64,000 nucleotides of DNA from Blastocladiella emersonii ATCC 22665. Its lineage: Eukaryota > Fungi > Blastocladiomycota. The notes under the pieces are model-generated. The model was not told the origin of the DNA, ran no database searches, and worked only from the letters and a program-made list of their open reading frames with translations. A program made the position numbers and the translations under genes. Shown here piece by piece: positions 59,353 to 64,000 of the stretch. The stretch covers positions 682,001 to 746,000 of the forward strand of contig JANHCV010000011.1 of the NCBI GenBank assembly GCA_025594325.1, in the 5' to 3' direction. Position 1 is the stretch's first letter. Each line of letters begins with the position of its first letter.

Positions 59353-60719
59353 CCAGTCGTTCTTCAACCAGCACAGCAAGCGACACCACTATCCAGACTT
59401 CAAAGGGAATTTCGTCGCTAGCCCGGACAGCGGGAGCGGTGGACGAGTCGCTCACAAAGCACCTCAATTTCCTGACCTTGACGCGGCCACTGCTGTCCAT
59501 CATGATCGGTGTCCATTTTCCACAGCTGAACGGACATCAGTCACAAAGGGTCTGCCCGTTGCCATCAGTGGCCAGCTTCCGCCAAGAAATTGGTACGTTC
59601 GTCACGAAGTTGTTGCGGTCAAGATCGACGCAATCGAAGATGAAGTCCGAGTCAGCGAGCGTACTTCGCGGCGGCTCTCACGTTTTACGCGTCACGCACC
59701 GAGTTCCGCGCCATGAGCAAAGCCTGATCGCGGTAGTCGTGGAGTTGCTCTGGATGCCAGCCCAGTACGACGATCCCTCTCAACGGAAGGTGATGTCGAA
59801 ACGGTGCAGCTCCGCAAGTTCTAAGAACAGCCCTGGTCGCCTGACTGCCTCCTTGGCTGAACGAGGAAGTCGACCAAGTCGGAAACGGGCCGCTGCTGGT
59901 GTCGGCTCCAGAGTTGTTTACCCATCGCCAAATGCTCTTGGTGCTTCGACGGTGCGCGTGACGCGCTCCTCGTTGGTAACTTGTTTTGGGTTTGCAAACA
60001 AGAAGATGCGGGGCGTTGGTACGCAAGGGTTGGGATGAGGCCACAGTCTGGGACACGGTGCGCTGGGTACCGGTTGTTCGATGTCGATCAATCCGTGAAT
60101 CATATACAATGCATCCCTCTATCTCAGGCTGACGCGTGCCAGTCCCTCCTGAACGCACCAGCTGTTTGCACCCTTTTATTCCACAACCTCGTGACCTGAT
60201 CGTTAGTCGAGGGCTAAAGCCCTCTTTTTAGACCGCGTCGCGGCCGGATAGGGTGCCGACGCTCACGTGAGCACGATCCACGTGAGCGACCCGAAAACGC
60301 GTGACAGACGCTTCGTTTGTCATGTGATCGCTGTGGCGCAACGCGTCCTGGCCGTGCACGTGATCGGCCTCGGCCCAACCCACGGAAGCGCGTCGCTTGA
60401 CGCTGTTCCGCTCGGCCATCGCGGAACGTTTAACGCTTTGCACCGACCCTCGACCAGGCCCGCGAGACTCCGAGCACATGAATGCGTGAGAGATGCAGAA
60501 GCGCGGTAAGCCGCTAACGGAGCCCGTGCTTGGCGTGCGTGTTGGAAAACGGAGCCCGTGTTCGGTGCACATCCTTAAACGACGCGATTCACCTGGGAGC
60601 CGTTAGCGCAGGCTCGTTGACGTGAGCGCGAGTTCAACGGTTGCACCGAGAACGACTTGCGAGGTCCCATGAACGTGAGTTCGAGTGAGGACTGCGAGGT
60701 CGAGAGATCCGCTCTTTGA

Positions 60720-61745
60720 GTTGCGGTCCGTTACACGGACGGGTCGCTCCGTGGCTTGGGTTTGCCAGACGTTGCAGCGGGCGCAGACGTCTTCGTTAGC
60801 GGATCGCTGGAACTCGCTGTTCGCGTGGGTGCGGGTTCGCGCAACGTGCTCGCTCGAGTGGGCCGTGCTCCGCTGGATCATCGCGGCCCGCGAGCTCCAG
60901 GTCGAGTGGGTCCGTGGCCATGCTGTGAACTTGGAGAATGAAGAGGCCGACGCGCTCGCCAACAAGGGTTGCCGCGCATCTCCCGCTGTGAATCGCCGCC
61001 GCCGTCCGCGCGGACCTCGATGCGCCCTTCACGGCGCGCAGGCGCGGCTGCGACTTCGACTCAGTCCCGCGACGCGCTCTCCGCCGCCTGCACGACGCGC
61101 GACACGACCCGCTGCTCGCTCTGACCGCGTCCGCTGGCATCACGTCCTCCCCCATCGATGTCCCAGCCCTTGTCACTGCGCTTCGGGGCAGCACGCGCCG
61201 CATCCACCCGAGCGAGTCCCTCACCGCAAACTCGCTCCCGTGCTTCCAGCTCCGCGCGCTCGCAGGCCAGCTGCCGACCCGCGGCTGTTTGCACCAGCTC
61301 TGGCCGCACCGCTACGAGTCCCCCAACTGCGCCGAATGCCCAAAAACTGGCGGCAAGGTCGCCGACACTCAAGCGTACGCGTTTGAGTGCACACTCTTCG
61401 CGCGCAATCGTCTCCGCGGCACTGGACGACGTCCGCATCGTTAACGCCCTCGCGGCGGTCGACAAGGGCTAGATCGGGGGCGGGCTCCGCACCAGCGTCA
61501 CCGGATCGCTCGCCGAGCGCCTTCTCAACCCAAAACACATGAAGCACCGTGGCCGCCATCGTGGACGCACCACACATCGCGTGGTTCAAACAGGTTTACT
61601 GAGACGAACTCATCGATCCACGCCTCGCGCTCCTGCCGCGACGGCCATCGCCTCGAGCGCCATGCAGGAGCTTGCTTGGCGCCCTCGCTGCAGCGCGATT
61701 GTTGATGCCGCGCTGGTGACACATGACGGTGCCCTGCCGCCACTC
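60720..61745 (+). mobile_element. Non-LTR (LINE) 3' relic: internally deleted RNase H plus C-terminal zinc finger
   Basis: VRYTDGS (60732), EWVRGHAVNLENEEADALANKG, and CAECPKTGGKVADTQAYAFEC (CxxC...H/Y...C finger at 61328). Homologous to about 2150-2800. Confidence 0.8.
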
Positions 61746-61810
61746 AACGCGAGCGACCAACCGCACCATCCTTTGTTGAAGCGCGCGCATCGCGCAGCAG
61801 GGAACGCGCT

Positions 61811-61990
61811 AAGCTGCGACGCGTTGTGCTGCGACGCACCGTGCTGCGACGCACCGTGCTGCGACGCACCGTGCTGCGACGCACCGTGCTGCGACGCACC
61901 GTGCTGCGACGCACCGTGCTGCGACGCACCGTGCTGCGACGCACCGTGCTGCGACGCACCGTGCTGCGACGCGCCGTGCTGCGACGCGCC
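61811..61990 (+). repeat. 15-bp minisatellite GTGCTGCGACGCACC, 11 copies plus one degenerate copy
   Basis: Nine exact units at 61826-61960, two variants (GCGCC) at 61961-61990 and one degenerate unit at 61811-61825. One frame reads (CCDAP)n. Confidence 0.97.
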
Positions 61991-62514
61991 GATCTCCGAC
62001 CCCTCCGTCGAGTACTGCAGCATGAGTGATGTGAAAGGCTCGTTCAACGGGCGCCTACCACGGCTCGAGCGGAAGCGCGCCTGCACGGCACAAGCGCCCA
62101 ACGTGGCGCGGGCTTTAGCCCTCGATTGAAAACCAGACGCGAAGCGTCTAGGTGGATCAAGTATAATATAATTTTCACCTTTTGGGCTATTTAGTCGCCC
62201 AGCAGCACGCATGGTGGCAGGGGTCGCGGGAGACGCGTCGCGATATCACGTGTGTCCCGGATCGGACGCGTCGCGCCACACTTACCCGCGAAAGCAGCCG
62301 CACATTCCCTCACCCGCTTGCGCTCGATCTCCAGCAAAACCGCTGATTTCCTGAACCGTAAACGAGAAAAATGTGGTTGTTTCTCAATGCATCATTCCCG
62401 CGAAGAAGAAATTTTGACCGTGTATATTCGATATGAGTACTACCCTGTCAAGTAGGGAAATGCAAGTCAGAACCATGCGGCGCTGCACTTTGCTGCGCCG
62501 CTTCAACGCGTCGT

Positions 62515-63495
62515 CTACTGGATCATGGCCTTGTACTCGTTGAGCTTGGCCAAGTAGTGAGCCTGGGACTCACGTCCGTTCTGAGCCTTCTTGCTGAGGT
62601 CCGCAATCTTCTTGTTGAGCGATTTGACGCTGTCGATACTTGACGCAACGGCAATAGACATGCCCGCTGCCGAGATGGTGCCAACAAACGGAATCCAACC
62701 AGTCGACGCAATGGCGATGTTGAGGTCCTTGATGCGCTGCTCGTGCCAGCCGCGGTCAGACTCGGCGTCCGCGAGCTCTTTCCGAAGCTTGCTCACGGCG
62801 TCACCCGCGTTGCTGTGGTTGTTGCTGGCAAGCGCAACCAGTTCCGAGTACGTCATGCTGGCCTTGACGGGCATGCGGGCCAGGAGCTGGGTACGGAGCT
62901 CCGGGATCTTGACAGCACGCGAGTCCATATCAATGCACATGACATTGTGCTCCGCGTCAAAGAAATCGATGCCGTGGTTGGCCTTGAGCTCGTTCAGGAA
63001 CCGGCTCGGGTCGGCCTCAAACGAAGACACCTCGTTGTCGTGGTCCTGGGCAAAAGTAAGCAGCAGGAAGCAGTTGCTGGAGCTGATGTTGGTGCAAACC
63101 TTGAGCATCTGGAGCACCCGGACGAACGGCATGTCGGTGCGGTGGAAGCGATGGACAATGAGCAGCGTCGCCGGATCGTTCTTGAGCAGTTCCAGAATCG
63201 AGTCGGCGACCTGGACGCTGTCGTTGGCCGAGCTGCCAATGCCCTCCGAGTCAGAAACGATGAGGTCGGTGCCGTCGGGGAGAAGGGTCGGGTTGATGTT
63301 GAACTGGCGGGCCATGTTGGTCTTGATCCCCTTGGCCGCTGATCCCGCGGCAAAGACCTGCTTGATCACCTGCTTGCCGCCGCGGACTTCCTTATACCCG
63401 AGAAGCTGGTTGAGCGTGGTCGACTTGCCATAGCCGACCATGCCCATGGTGCGGACTTTGGAAGCGTGGGCGGAGGGGGAAGCCTCGTTCGTCAT
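62515..63495 (-). CDS. Intronless 326-aa P-loop GTPase, AIG1/Toc34/septin-like, with C-terminal coiled coil and hydrophobic hairpin
   Basis: G1 GMVGYGKST, G2 Thr (GIKT), G3 DSEG, G4-like LLTFAQD; C-terminal IAIASTGWIPFVGTISAAGMSIAVASSI between helical segments; TATATAAA about 90 nt upstream. Confidence 0.85.
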   Translation of the reverse strand: MTNEASPSAHASKVRTMGMVGYGKSTTLNQLLGYKEVRGGKQVIKQVFAAGSAAKGIKTNMARQFNINPTLLPDGTDLIVSDSEGIGSSANDSVQVADSILELLKNDPATLLIVHRFHRTDMPFVRVLQMLKVCTNISSSNCFLLLTFAQDHDNEVSSFEADPSRFLNELKANHGIDFFDAEHNVMCIDMDSRAVKIPELRTQLLARMPVKASMTYSELVALASNNHSNAGDAVSKLRKELADAESDRGWHEQRIKDLNIAIASTGWIPFVGTISAAGMSIAVASSIDSVKSLNKKIADLSKKAQNGRESQAHYLAKLNEYKAMIQ

Positions 63496-63824
63496 GGCTG
63501 GCAGGAAGGAAATGTGGAGGTGAGGTGATAACTGCTGTTGTGCTGATGCTGGAGCAACGAGTTGGGGCCTGGCGAGGCAGACCTTTATATATTCGAGCCA
63601 GGTGATTTTACTGTTTTCGAGTGTCGACGCGCAGTGAAAGCCGCTTGCCACCGCCCAGTAATCTTGGGTACAGTAAACTCGGCACAGTGAACTGAGCGGG
63701 GCGGCAGATTCTTTACTGTTCGTACTACCTGCCCTCGAATGCGCAACTTCACTGTTTTGAGACGCATTCTTTTCCATTTGCGAGAGTGTACAGCGACTCT
63801 TGCATAGTTGGCGCCACTCCTCTG

Positions 63825-64000
63825 TGTTACGCGTCGTTCATGCGGTGGTGATCGGGGTGATCATCCACCTGATCTCGCGTGGTTCGCCCGCAACCGCCTC
63901 TTTCGCCCCGCCGCGACCCCGCGGCGGCGCTCCCGCTTTTGTCATCCTCTCTCCCTCACCCAGCCCTGGTTCGGGGCCGAGTAGTGTGCACGGAAAGTTC
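63825..64000 (+). mobile_element. LTR of the same family, runs off the window
   Basis: Starts TGTTACGCGTCGTTCATGCGGTGGTGATCGGGG..., with conserved TGATCTCGCGTG; the 3' part diverges from the other copies. Confidence 0.85.

Noticed and set aside
61811-61990. CRISPR-like array
   Set aside because: The units are contiguous with no unique spacers, and the context is eukaryotic. It is a minisatellite.
59296-64000. Direct LTR repeats at 59296 and 63825 bracketing the GTPase as cargo of a non-autonomous LTR element
   Set aside because: The left copy is only 57 bp, there is no PBS after it, and the right LTR is preceded by pyrimidine-rich CCACTCCTCTG rather than a PPT. Independent insertions are more parsimonious.

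Overview
Eukaryotic, intron-containing genomic DNA. It is most likely from an early-diverging (zoosporic-type) fungus such as a blastocladiomycete; this is an inference from gene content, very high coding GC and uniform 56-93 nt introns with GTACGY/GTGCGY donors. The window alternates between GC/CpG-rich, tightly packed gene blocks (about 10.9-29.1 kb and 39.6-58.3 kb) and lower-GC repeat or accessory blocks (1-10.9 kb, 29.1-33.4 kb, 58.3-64 kb). Recognisable genes are an Rco1/PHF12-like double-PHD protein, PNS1, MED21, a DnaJ, SNIP1/Pml1, MMTAG2, TOM7, a SNF2-RING helicase, a class IV aminotransferase-like protein, NTF2, GPN2, RPN5 and a Ca3427-like substrate-binding protein. There are two identical tRNA-Ala(CGC) genes. 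Mobile DNA includes a decayed Ty3/Gypsy chromovirus with 216-bp LTRs, three further LTR copies of the same family, two RNase H-bearing LINE relics and PIF/Harbinger-type ends. Most notable observations: (1) a single gene fusing a diverged SF3B3/Rse1 N-terminal beta-propeller to a polyQ linker and a RhoGEF DH-PH module; (2) a strong CpG-directed C-to-T mutation signature in the duplicated repeats; (3) a tandem array of four orphan paralogues, three with acidic Tyr-rich tails; (4) an intronless AIG1/Toc34-like GTPase with a hydrophobic hairpin among TE relics; (5) a 12-TM protein resembling the adenylyl-cyclase membrane cassettes but lacking cyclase domains. All family calls come from motif recognition by eye; no database searches were run.
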